Positions 35,107 through 43,407 of a stretch of 43,407 bases of DNA are shown here, piece by piece. Location: positions 1-43,407 of the forward strand of contig CALYAI010000001.1 of NCBI GenBank assembly GCA_944393475.1. The letters are read 5' to 3'. How positions within the stretch are numbered: the stretch's first letter is position 1; the number at the start of each line of letters is the position of its first letter. The notes under the pieces were generated by a model. That model saw only the letters and a program-made list of their open reading frames with translations, was not told where the DNA came from and searched no databases. A program made the position numbers and the translations under genes. The DNA is from an uncultured Clostridia bacterium. GTDB taxonomy: Bacteria; Bacillota; Clostridia; TANB77; CAG-508.

Positions 35107-38100
35107 ATGAAGAAATACAAAGTATTAAGTATAATAATAATAGCAATACTTTTACCAATGATAGCAATTTTAGCATATTTTGCACCAATATCAGAAGCTA
35201 GTTCATTTTCATATTCATATTCATCACTTGGTTCACCTCCTTTTGTAACCAACATAGATGGTAAACCAACTGAAGTATATTGTTCTAATGCAGGTGGTGC
35301 CCTATGGTCTAGCTTTGGTACATTTACATTCTATAGCCAAGAGACACATACAATGGAACCAGGTTTAGCATATGCTTTAAGACAATGTTGTAGTATATAC
35401 TCTAGACAGAACTTAATTTGGATGTCAAATATATCTAATAATACGATATATCCTGTATGGAAAACAGATTATGAAGATGCTAGAGCACAATATAATAAAA
35501 TAGCCGGATTTAACAAGTATTATGAAGGTTTACAACAACATGGAACAGAAATAAAATTCCAAGATTCAGAAGCTCAATTACAAAGCTCAGAAAATGGTGT
35601 ATTTAAATTAGGACCATTCAAATTAGACTTCTATAAGAGTAGCTATTCTGGATTATCTAAAATGTATTTACAAACAGATGATAATAGACAAATAGAAGTA
35701 ACACAAGTTAATTTTGGTGGATATACAGGAAATGTATCAGATATAGAGCCAGGAGAAGAATTCTATGTATTATTATCTGAAGAAGATGCAGGACAAGCTT
35801 CTAAAGTTAAATTAGTAGCAGAATTCCAATATGTAGAAGCAAGTGGATCTTATACATACTATAAACCAAATAAATCACAACAAACAATTCAAGGTAAAAC
35901 TGTTCAACGTTTAGTAACAATAAATTATACAGGTGGAAATAAAACAGATGACGCTGAAGGACCAGAAATTGAATTAACAATAGATTTAGCAGGTAAAGTA
36001 TTTAAAGATAATCTAGCAAATAAAGACGGAACAGAAGATGGTATCTTAAGTACTGGTGATGAAATGTTAGAAGGAATAGAAGTAACATTATTCGATAATA
36101 CAGGAGCAGAAGTAGCAAAAACAACAACAGACGAAAATGGTTACTACGAATTCTTAGACCAACCAGCATCTAAAGATTACTATGTAAGATTTAAATATAA
36201 TGGACAATTATATGAGCCAACAACTTACCAAAGAGTAAGCAAGATAATAGATTCAGCAGGAACGTTAGGACCAACAACAATAGCTGAAAGATCTTATGCT
36301 ACAGACGGTAAGAAAAACAGACAAGACTTTAATAATAAATTCACACCAGTGGATGGATCACATGTAGTTCCAGATAGAAATGATACTACAAATTCAGCAT
36401 TTGATATTTATTCATATACAGGACCAAATGGTATGGAAGAATTAAAATACTATGGAGTATCAAACTCTAAGGAAGAATTACAAAATATCAACTTTGGTAT
36501 TAAAGATAGAGAGCAATTTGATATGAACTTAAGAAAAGATTTAGTAAAGGTTGATGTAAATATTAATGGTAAATCACATTCATATGCATATCCAGGAGGA
36601 GACCAAGATCTAGAAGTTAATATAAGGGGTACAGACATACCGGATTATGAAAGAGCTATTAGATCTTCAGATTTACAATTTAAAGCAGATCAAAATTACA
36701 CAGAAGGAAATGAAGATAAATTACAAGTAATTGTAACCTATAAAATTCAATTAAGGAATCAATCAGTTGGTAAAATAACAGGATATGTAACAGATTTAGC
36801 TGATTACTATGATACATCATATGAATTTATAAGATCATATGATGAAAACGAAACAGAGATCGCTTGGGAACAATCAAGTGATGTTTCTGGAAATGATACA
36901 ACATATCATTCAATGCATACAACTGCATTATCAGAGCAAGGAATTACAGATAAAAAATGGATATTTGTAGAGTATAGAGTTACAGCAGATGCTTTAAGAT
37001 CATTATTACAAGAAGGACAATCTACTAAGGAAAATTTAGCAGAAATAGCTGGATACAGAAATACTTATACAGAAGAAAGAAAAGACCTAAATGGACAAGT
37101 AATTACTAATGCAGGAGAAAATGCAGGATTAATAGATATAGACTCAACACCAGCAAACTTAGATCCAACAAGCTCAGAAGTACAAAACTTTATAGCAGAA
37201 TCTAAGACAGATGAATATCAAAACTTAGATGGCGAAACAAAAACAAAACGTAGTATGGAAGTATTTGAAGATGATGCAGACTCTGCACCAGGATTAAAAT
37301 TAATTGTAGATGATACAAATAAGAGAAGATTAACAGGTACAGTATTTGAGGATGCAGCACTTACAGAAAAACTAGAGCAAGATAACGAAAGACTTGGTAA
37401 TGGTCTATATGAAGATGGCGAAAACTTAGTAAACCAAGTAAAAGTACAATTAATTTGTACAAATCCTAATGTAGCAGTAAAAGAAATAAGAACAAATGAA
37501 GATGGTTCTTATGAATTTACAGATTATATTCCAGGTGATTACACAGTTAAATTTATATATGGAGACTATGAATCATTAGTTGCAAAACAACCAAATGATG
37601 AAATGTATACAGGTCAAGATTATAAATCTACTATATACACAGAAGGAAATTATTCTGATTCACACTGGTATAATAACAATGCAGATACAAGAAATAATGA
37701 TGCTAAAGATGACCAAACAAGAAGAGCAGAAGTTAATAGCTATAGTGAAGACTTAAAAAATACAAATGCAACTGTATTAAATTCTACAGCTACAACTGAT
37801 GAAGCAACATTAAGAACTTTAGCGGATAAAACAAATATGAATGCAAATACAGCTCAAATGAGTATGGAAGTAGAATATGTTGGACAAGAAAATACAGAAT
37901 ATTTAGCAAAGAATATTGACCTTGGTATTATAGAAAGACCTCGTTCAGATGTATTTGTAGAGAAGAAAGTAACAAGCTTTAAGTTAAAATCTGCAGGTGA
38001 TGGACAGACAATATTTGATGCAACACAATCAGTACCAAACTTAACTTGGAAGGAAAACACAAGAAATAATAGAGGACTTGTTCAAGCAACAGTGGATAAT

Positions 38101-38799
38101 AACTTATTACATGGTGCAACAATGGAAGTAACATTCTCTATAAAAGTTATAAATACAGGTGAGACAGACTATAATGACGAAACATATTACAACACAGGTG
38201 TTATAACAGATGCAAGCAAAATAGTTACATATAAACCAGCAGTTGTAGCAGACTATATTTCTAATAATTTAGTATTTGATATTAATTCAAATACTGGATG
38301 GCAAGAAATAACAGATAAAACACAATTAACTTCTGGAAATGATCCATACATTAAAGCAATTGACGAAAATGCATTTAATGGATTACAAAAAGTTGTAGTA
38401 TCTACAGCTGATAACCCAATAATTCAATCTGATCCAATCGTTCCAGAAAAGGCAAAAGATAAAGCTGGTAAATCATCAGAGACACAAGCAGCTACAGTAT
38501 ATGTAACAAAAGTACTTGCTTCTGATGAAAACACAACAGAAGATTCACAATACGAAAATGCAGCAGAAGTTATAGAATCTATTACTACAAATGGTAGAAG
38601 AACATATAACGCACAAATAGTTTCTATCCCTGGTAACTATAATCCAGATGAACCAGACTTAGGATTATCTGAACATATCACAGTAGTACCTCCATTTGGT
38701 GCAGCTGATGTAATTAAATATGTAGTTATAGGAATAGTAGCAATTGCAGTATTAGGATTGGGAATTTTAGTAATAAAAAGAAAAGTCTTAAGAAAATAA
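35107..38799 (+). CDS. Giant surface protein B (1230 aa): signal/anchor, Cys-containing N-terminal head (candidate thioester/TQXA-like domain), two [SdrD-B-like + DUF11-like] modules, C-terminal TM anchor
   Basis: ATG at 35107, 9 nt after GGGGG. Head motifs EVYCSNAGG and SRQNLIW. SdrD-B-like segments are LAGKVFKDN...DENGYYEFLDQPASKDYYVRF and LTGTVFEDA...NEDGSYEFTDYIPGDYTVKF. IDIDSTPAN patch. Tail is VPPFGAADVIKYVVIGIVAIAVLGLGILVIKRKVLRK. Confidence 0.8.
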   Translation: MKKYKVLSIIIIAILLPMIAILAYFAPISEASSFSYSYSSLGSPPFVTNIDGKPTEVYCSNAGGALWSSFGTFTFYSQETHTMEPGLAYALRQCCSIYSRQNLIWMSNISNNTIYPVWKTDYEDARAQYNKIAGFNKYYEGLQQHGTEIKFQDSEAQLQSSENGVFKLGPFKLDFYKSSYSGLSKMYLQTDDNRQIEVTQVNFGGYTGNVSDIEPGEEFYVLLSEEDAGQASKVKLVAEFQYVEASGSYTYYKPNKSQQTIQGKTVQRLVTINYTGGNKTDDAEGPEIELTIDLAGKVFKDNLANKDGTEDGILSTGDEMLEGIEVTLFDNTGAEVAKTTTDENGYYEFLDQPASKDYYVRFKYNGQLYEPTTYQRVSKIIDSAGTLGPTTIAERSYATDGKKNRQDFNNKFTPVDGSHVVPDRNDTTNSAFDIYSYTGPNGMEELKYYGVSNSKEELQNINFGIKDREQFDMNLRKDLVKVDVNINGKSHSYAYPGGDQDLEVNIRGTDIPDYERAIRSSDLQFKADQNYTEGNEDKLQVIVTYKIQLRNQSVGKITGYVTDLADYYDTSYEFIRSYDENETEIAWEQSSDVSGNDTTYHSMHTTALSEQGITDKKWIFVEYRVTADALRSLLQEGQSTKENLAEIAGYRNTYTEERKDLNGQVITNAGENAGLIDIDSTPANLDPTSSEVQNFIAESKTDEYQNLDGETKTKRSMEVFEDDADSAPGLKLIVDDTNKRRLTGTVFEDAALTEKLEQDNERLGNGLYEDGENLVNQVKVQLICTNPNVAVKEIRTNEDGSYEFTDYIPGDYTVKFIYGDYESLVAKQPNDEMYTGQDYKSTIYTEGNYSDSHWYNNNADTRNNDAKDDQTRRAEVNSYSEDLKNTNATVLNSTATTDEATLRTLADKTNMNANTAQMSMEVEYVGQENTEYLAKNIDLGIIERPRSDVFVEKKVTSFKLKSAGDGQTIFDATQSVPNLTWKENTRNNRGLVQATVDNNLLHGATMEVTFSIKVINTGETDYNDETYYNTGVITDASKIVTYKPAVVADYISNNLVFDINSNTGWQEITDKTQLTSGNDPYIKAIDENAFNGLQKVVVSTADNPIIQSDPIVPEKAKDKAGKSSETQAATVYVTKVLASDENTTEDSQYENAAEVIESITTNGRRTYNAQIVSIPGNYNPDEPDLGLSEHITVVPPFGAADVIKYVVIGIVAIAVLGLGILVIKRKVLRK

Positions 38800-38816
38800 T
38801 AAAACTTAATAAGAAG

Positions 38817-38850
38817 AAAGGCAGATAAAAATCTGCTTTTCTTTTTTTGA
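38817..38850 (+). terminator. Rho-independent terminator ending the giant-gene operon
   Basis: GCAGAT / ATCTGC core stem extended by A-T and G-T pairs, AAAA loop, then a long T-run. Confidence 0.7.
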
Positions 38851-38936
38851 ATATTGCGAAAAAAGTCGATCGGAATATTTGGACATTTATAATATTTAAT
38901 GATAGAATATAGAAAAAAAGAAAGGGAGTAGATAAA

Positions 38937-40334
38937 ATGACATATGGAGAAGAATTAAAAGATAAGCTATTTAAGAAAAAAGTAAATGGTTGGTTTAAAA
39001 TTTCTGACGAATTAAGACAAGAGATAATGAATTATAGTCAAAGATATATGGAATTTTTAAACAATTCAAAAACTGAAAGAGAAATTGTTAAAAGCTCTGT
39101 AAAAATAGCTCAAGAACATGGTTTTAGGGATATAAACGAAGTAGAATACTTAAACCCAGGAGATAGAGTATACTATGTAAATAAAGAAAAAAGTATGTAC
39201 TTAGCAGTAATAGGAGAAAATAGATTAGAAGATGGATTAAATATTATAGGTTCACATGCAGATTCACCAAGATTGGACTTAAAACCAAATCCATTATACG
39301 AGGACCAAGAATTAGCATATTTTAAAACTCATTACTATGGAGGAATAAAGAAATACCAATGGACAACCATTCCTTTAAGTATTCATGGAGTTATTATAAA
39401 AGCAGACGGAGAAAAATTAGAAGTTAGAATTGGTGAAGATGATAATGATCCAATATTTACAGTAACAGATTTATTGCCACATCTTGCTAAAGAACAAGAA
39501 AATGCAAAATTAAGAGATGCAATAAAAGGTGAAGATCTAAACCTTTTAATAGGAAGTGAGCCTTTTGGAGAAGAAATTCCAGAAAGAGTAAAATTAAATA
39601 TCTTAAATATTTTAAATAAAAAATATGGAATTGTAGAAGATGATTTATCAAGTGCAGAATTAGAATTAGTTCCAGCATTTAAAGCTAGAACACAAGGATT
39701 TGACGAGAGCATGGTTGCAGGTTATGGACAGGATGATAAAGTATGTGTATATACATCATTAACTGCAATGATGGAATTAGGAAACATAAGTAGAACAGCA
39801 GTATGCATTATAGCTGATAAAGAAGAAATAGGTAGTATGGGAAATACAGGAATGGAATCACATGCATTTGATACATTTGTAACATATCTATTAAATAAAA
39901 GAGGAGAGAATAGGGTAAATCTATTAGAAAAAGTATTTTGTAATTCAAAGATGTTATCTGCAGATGTTGATGCATGTTTAGATCCAATATATGCAAATGT
40001 TTCTGACAAATTAAATGCAGGATTTATGGGATATGGTGTAGCATTAAATAAATATACAGGTTCTGGTGGAAAGTATTCTGCATCTGATGCAAACGCAGAA
40101 TATTTAGCAGAAGTAAAGAGAATATTTGATAGCAACAATGTTAAATATCAAATATCAGAGCTAGGGAAAGTAGATGTTGGAGGTGGAGGAACTATAGCAT
40201 ATATTCTAGCTAATAAAGGAATAGATGTTATAGACTGTGGTGTACCAATATTATGCATGCATTCACCTTATGAAGTTGCAAGTAAATACGATATTTATTC
40301 TGCATACCAAGCATATAAAGCATTCTGGAAATAA
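38937..40334 (+). CDS. M18-family aminopeptidase (aminopeptidase 1/ApeA-like)
   Basis: Motifs GSHADSPRLDLKPNP, FKTHYYGGIKKYQW, GYGQDDKVCVY, IADKEEIGS and CMHSPYE. 465 aa. Confidence 0.8.
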   Translation: MTYGEELKDKLFKKKVNGWFKISDELRQEIMNYSQRYMEFLNNSKTEREIVKSSVKIAQEHGFRDINEVEYLNPGDRVYYVNKEKSMYLAVIGENRLEDGLNIIGSHADSPRLDLKPNPLYEDQELAYFKTHYYGGIKKYQWTTIPLSIHGVIIKADGEKLEVRIGEDDNDPIFTVTDLLPHLAKEQENAKLRDAIKGEDLNLLIGSEPFGEEIPERVKLNILNILNKKYGIVEDDLSSAELELVPAFKARTQGFDESMVAGYGQDDKVCVYTSLTAMMELGNISRTAVCIIADKEEIGSMGNTGMESHAFDTFVTYLLNKRGENRVNLLEKVFCNSKMLSADVDACLDPIYANVSDKLNAGFMGYGVALNKYTGSGGKYSASDANAEYLAEVKRIFDSNNVKYQISELGKVDVGGGGTIAYILANKGIDVIDCGVPILCMHSPYEVASKYDIYSAYQAYKAFWK

Positions 40335-40337
40335 AAA

Positions 40338-40370
40338 GAAGAGGATGTTCCAAACGGAGCATCCTCTTTA
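40338..40370 (+). terminator. Hairpin after the aminopeptidase gene
   Basis: GAAGAGGATGTTCC / GGAGCATCCTCTT long stem with AAAC loop. The T-run is weak. Confidence 0.55.
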
Positions 40371-40740
40371 TGAACATTTTAATATTAAAAACCTGTCGAA
40401 CTTTGGCTATAAAAATACATTGAAAATACTAAAAAAACATGATATAAATTGGATTACCTTAGGATATTTAAATAATATAAAATATCTTAAATTTATTTTA
40501 ATATAAATAATTAAAATCTTTTTAAATTTTATCTTAGATAATGAAATACTATATAATTTCATTATTCAAATTTTTTTGAATCAGGAGAGTTAAAATCTTA
40601 CCTAATATCCTTATACAAGTTAAATAATAAATAATAGTTAATATATAGATACGAATGATAAAAAACATCCTAAGGAATACATTAATTTTTATTAAAATGT
40701 TGAACAAAAAATCAATTTTTGATAAAATGAAAGGAGCATA

Positions 40741-41655
40741 ATGAATAAAGAAAAAACAAGAGAGCTCACAGAAGATTACATATTTAAAAGAGTATTTGGG
40801 AAAAAAGGAAATGAAGACTTATTAAAAGATTTATTAGAGAGTATATTGGAAATAAAAATACAGAAAATAGAAGTAATAGTTGGACCAGAAGTAGAAAAGA
40901 TAAAACCAGAAGATAAATTAGGAGTGATAGACTTAAAAGCAACAATAAATGAAAATACCACGATAGATATAGAAATTCAAGTAAAAGATAATCATAATAT
41001 GGTAGAAAGAAGTACATTTTATATAGCGGGTCTATACCATACCGGACTAAAATCAGGAGAAGTATATGAAGAAAATAATAAAGTAATAGGAATAAATATA
41101 TTAATGTTTAATATATTTGAGTGGGAAAAGTTTCATTCAAAAGGAATATTAAAAGAAGATGAGCTTAATAAAATAATGACGGATAAAATTGAATTACACT
41201 TTTTGGAATTACCTAAAATAATAAATAATAAAAAAGAAGGAAGTAAAAGATTAAGACAATGGTTAGAATTTATTTATAATAAAAGAAAGGAGGAAATTGC
41301 ATTGGCAGTAAAAGAAAATGCTAAAATAGCAAAAGCAAAAGAAGAGTACGAATGTTTAACGGGAGACGAAACAGTTCAAAGATTGGCATTCTTGAGAGAA
41401 AAATGGGAAAGAGACCATAAGTCAGAGTTATTGTGGGAAAAAAGAGAAGCACAAAAGGAAGGCAGGGAAATAGGAGAAAAGATAGGAAAGAAGATAGGGG
41501 AGAAGATCGGGAAGAAGATAGGAAAAGAATTAGAAAGAAAAAATATAATTAAAGAAATGATAAAAAAACAAATTACAGATGAATTAATTATAGGGATAAC
41601 AAAAATTACAGAAGAGGAATTGGCGAAAATAAAAGAAGAGATGAAAGAAGAATAA
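40741..41655 (+). CDS. Rpn-family recombination-promoting nuclease / PD-(D/E)XK putative transposase
   Basis: N-terminal YIFKRVFGKKGNEDLLKDLLESIL. Nuclease core reads GVIDLKATINENTTIDIEIQV...ERSTFYIAGLY. C-terminal helical tail ITDELIIGITKITEEELAKI. Standalone gene with its own SD and hairpin. Confidence 0.75.
   Translation: MNKEKTRELTEDYIFKRVFGKKGNEDLLKDLLESILEIKIQKIEVIVGPEVEKIKPEDKLGVIDLKATINENTTIDIEIQVKDNHNMVERSTFYIAGLYHTGLKSGEVYEENNKVIGINILMFNIFEWEKFHSKGILKEDELNKIMTDKIELHFLELPKIINNKKEGSKRLRQWLEFIYNKRKEEIALAVKENAKIAKAKEEYECLTGDETVQRLAFLREKWERDHKSELLWEKREAQKEGREIGEKIGKKIGEKIGKKIGKELERKNIIKEMIKKQITDELIIGITKITEEELAKIKEEMKEE
41470..41529 (+). repeat. Five tandem 12-nt units encoding (I-G-E/K-K)5 inside the Rpn gene
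   Basis: Units are ATAGGAGAAAAG, ATAGGAAAGAAG, ATAGGGGAGAAG, ATCGGGAAGAAG and ATAGGAAAAGAA, all in frame, giving IGEKIGKKIGEKIGKKIGKE. Confidence 0.85.
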
Positions 41656-41668
41656 AATTATATGTAGA

Positions 41669-41690
41669 TGCTCCTAAAAACATAGGAGTA
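41669..41690 (+). terminator. Weak hairpin after the Rpn gene
   Basis: CTCCTA / TAGGAG stem with a 6-nt loop, followed by an interrupted T-run. Confidence 0.35.
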
Positions 41691-41743
41691 TTTATATTTG
41701 TATAAATAACAAACAAAGTTACTTAGAAACAAGAAAAGCGCTA

Positions 41744-41772
41744 TTGAAAAACTTGGAAAAATTGTGTATAAT
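41744..41772 (+). promoter_or_regulatory. Sigma-A promoter for prfA
   Basis: TTGAAA, 17-nt spacer, TATAAT (41767-41772). Confidence 0.6.
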
Positions 41773-41805
41773 AGTAAATAGAGTTTATTAAAAGAGGAGA
41801 TAATT

Positions 41806-42870
41806 ATGTTTCAAAAATTAGAAGCGGTAGAAAAAAGATATGATGAATTAACAAAATTAATCAGTGATCCAGATGTTATTGCTAACCATAGTGAATGGCA
41901 AAAGTATGTTAAAGAACATGCGGAAATAACAGATATAGTAGAAAAATATAAGGAATATAAAAAAGTAGAAAATGATATGCAAGAAGCTAAAGAAATGATG
42001 GAAGACAAAGAACTAAAAGATTTAGCAGAAGCAGACTATTATGAAGCAAAGGAAAAATTACCAAAATTAGAAGAAGAATTAAAGATGTTGTTAATCCCTA
42101 AGGATAAAGACGATGATAAAAATATAATCTGCGAAATAAGAGCGGGAGCTGGAGGAGAAGAAGCAGCATTATTTGCCGGAACATTATTTAGAATGTATAA
42201 TATGTATGCAGAAAGAAAACATTGGAAATTAGAAGTATTAAATGAAAATGCAACGGAACTGGGCGGATACAAGGAAATTTCTTTTATGATAACAGGAAAG
42301 GGAGTATATAGTAGATTAAAATTCGAAAGCGGAGTGCATAGAGTACAAAGAGTTCCAGATACAGAAAGTAGTGGAAGAATTCATACATCAACTGCAACAG
42401 TAGCGGTACTACCAGTTGTAGAAGATGTAGAAATAGAAATAAATCCTGCAGATATTAAAATGGAAGTTTTTAGAGCTTCTGGTGCAGGAGGACAACATGT
42501 TAATAAAACATCTTCTGCAGTTAGACTTATACACATACCAACAGGTATTGTTGCAGAATGCCAAACAGAAAGATCACAATTACAAAATAGGGAATATGCT
42601 ATGAAGCTATTACGTTCAAGACTATATGAAATAGAAAAGACAAAACAAGATAGTGAACTTGCAAACGAGAGAAAATCACAAATTGGTAGTGGAGATAGAA
42701 GTGAAAAGATAAGAACATATAATTACCCACAAGGAAGAATAACAGATCATAGAATTGGGCTTAGCATATACCAAATGGAAGATTTCCTAAATGGAAATTT
42801 AGATGGAGTAATTGATAGCTTAATTGCAGCAGATAGAGCAGAAAAGCTAAAAGGAAATGAAGAAGAATAA
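41806..42870 (+). CDS. prfA: Peptide chain release factor 1
   Basis: GGQ motif ([11 protein letters not shown]) and [17 protein letters not shown] (RF1-type PxT loop). 354 aa, with no frameshift site, as expected for RF1. Confidence 0.95.
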   Translation: MFQKLEAVEKRYDELTKLISDPDVIANHSEWQKYVKEHAEITDIVEKYKEYKKVENDMQEAKEMMEDKELKDLAEADYYEAKEKLPKLEEELKMLLIPKDKDDDKNIICEIRAGAGGEEAALFAGTLFRMYNMYAERKHWKLEVLNENATELGGYKEISFMITGKGVYSRLKFESGVHRVQRVPDTESSGRIHTSTATVAVLPVVEDVEIEINPADIKMEVFRASGAGGQHVNKTSSAVRLIHIPTGIVAECQTERSQLQNREYAMKLLRSRLYEIEKTKQDSELANERKSQIGSGDRSEKIRTYNYPQGRITDHRIGLSIYQMEDFLNGNLDGVIDSLIAADRAEKLKGNEEE

Positions 42871-42923
42871 AATGATTAAGGTAACAGCAATTTAAAAATA
42901 AAAAATGAACAAACAGTAAAAAA

Positions 42924-42967
42924 GGTGGAAAACTATTAAAATAAAAAATAGTTTTCCACCTTTTTTT
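42924..42967 (+). terminator. Rho-independent terminator after prfA
   Basis: GGTGGAAAACTAT / ATAGTTTTCCACC 13-bp stem with an 11-nt loop, then T7 run. Confidence 0.85.
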
Positions 42968-43206
42968 GTATAAAAATTTTATACGGAAAGAGTAGTTCTG
43001 ACAATTTTACATATATATTTTTTCATAATGTCGAAAAATACAATTAAATGTCATATTAGGGCAAAAAATACCTGCATAAAGCTTGCGTAAAGCGATATTG
43101 AACGAGACTTTAGCCTGCCAAAAACTGCTATTTTATATAAGTAGGAAACTTGATAAAATTAACCCAATGAAAGCTAAGAATTAACTGATTTTTGGAGGGT
43201 TTAGAG

Positions 43207-43407
43207 ATGTTTAAAAAATTGAAAGGAACACAGATTAAATTTATACTAATTGCAAGCTTAATATTAGTAATACTAGCAACAGTAATTGCAGTAGTTACAA
43301 TGAATGTAAGAAGAGCTAATATGCTAAAATCAAATCCAGAACTAGCAAAAGCAATGACATATGATGAGGTAAAAGACGGGGAAGAAAACGTGGATGGAAC
43401 AGATGGA
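43207..43407 (+). CDS. 5' end of a membrane-anchored or secreted protein (partial, runs off the window)
   Basis: SD GGAGGG lies 7 nt before the ATG. MFKKLKGTQIKFILIASLILVILATVIAVV signal anchor, then an acidic region. The ORF is open to the end of the window. Confidence 0.6.
   Translation, partial: MFKKLKGTQIKFILIASLILVILATVIAVVTMNVRRANMLKSNPELAKAMTYDEVKDGEENVDGTDG

Noticed and set aside
30088-38850. Phase- or diversity-generating mechanisms for the giant surface genes (invertible promoter, DGR, homopolymer slippage)
   Set aside because: No inverted repeats flank the promoter. No reverse transcriptase or template repeat is present in the window. No long homopolymer or short tandem repeat lies within the 5' coding regions. 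The only A8 run (30157-30164) is intergenic.
40237-40506. 89-aa +-strand ORF overlapping the 3' end of the aminopeptidase gene
   Set aside because: It is off-frame over the conserved aminopeptidase C-terminus and runs straight through the terminator hairpin at 40338-40370. No SD is present.
43059-43120. Possible c-di-GMP-I (GEMM) riboswitch
   Set aside because: Only fragmentary resemblance (GGGCAAA, GCGTAAAGC, AGCCTGCC). The hairpin expected between the first two elements, and the closing P1 stem, could not be drawn. It is kept only as a low-confidence lead in the findings.

Overview
This is a very AT-rich chromosomal segment (by eye under about 30% GC, proteins rich in Asn/Lys/Ile) from a spore-forming low-GC Firmicute, probably Clostridia-like. 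Supporting genes are spoIIE, cotF-like coat genes, mecA and a DUF4321-radC-mreBCD-mrdA-minC cell-shape operon. Nearly all real genes lie on the + strand. Most minus-strand entries in the ORF track are antisense shadows of AT-rich coding DNA.

Gene order:
- tRNA-Arg(ACG)
- Mre11/SbcD-like nuclease plus an SMC-like ATPase
- spoIIE, a WG-repeat membrane protein and an unknown membrane-anchored protein
- acpS, tatD
- htpX and lemA (minus strand)
- G5/transglycosylase-like wall protein
- xth, AI-2E permease
- OmpR-type response regulator and histidine kinase
- pcrA
- two CotF-like genes
- M23 peptidase
- mecA (minus strand)
- the mre/minC operon
- a minus-strand operon of three small ORFs
- two giant surface-protein genes (1597 and 1230 aa)
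- M18 aminopeptidase
- an Rpn/PD-(D/E)XK putative transposase
- prfA
- the start of another membrane/secreted protein

The only clearly accessory block is 29.4-38.8 kb. It begins exactly where the expected minD/minE genes are missing after minC. It holds the small-ORF operon, divergently transcribed from a self-contained two-gene unit encoding giant modular surface proteins built from SdrD-B/Cna-B-like and DUF11-like modules. Both proteins have non-LPXTG C-terminal anchors, and the second has an N-terminal Cys...Q-x-L-I-W head resembling a thioester (TQXA) adhesin domain. I regard this as the best candidate for an undescribed system.

Secondary candidates:
- the SMC-like ATPase, whose coiled-coil apex is a transmembrane hairpin rather than a zinc hook
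- the Rpn nuclease insertion
- the two unknown genes apparently co-transcribed with spoIIE

No CRISPR array, rRNA, prophage or integrase was seen. All family assignments rest on motifs read by eye, not on database searches.
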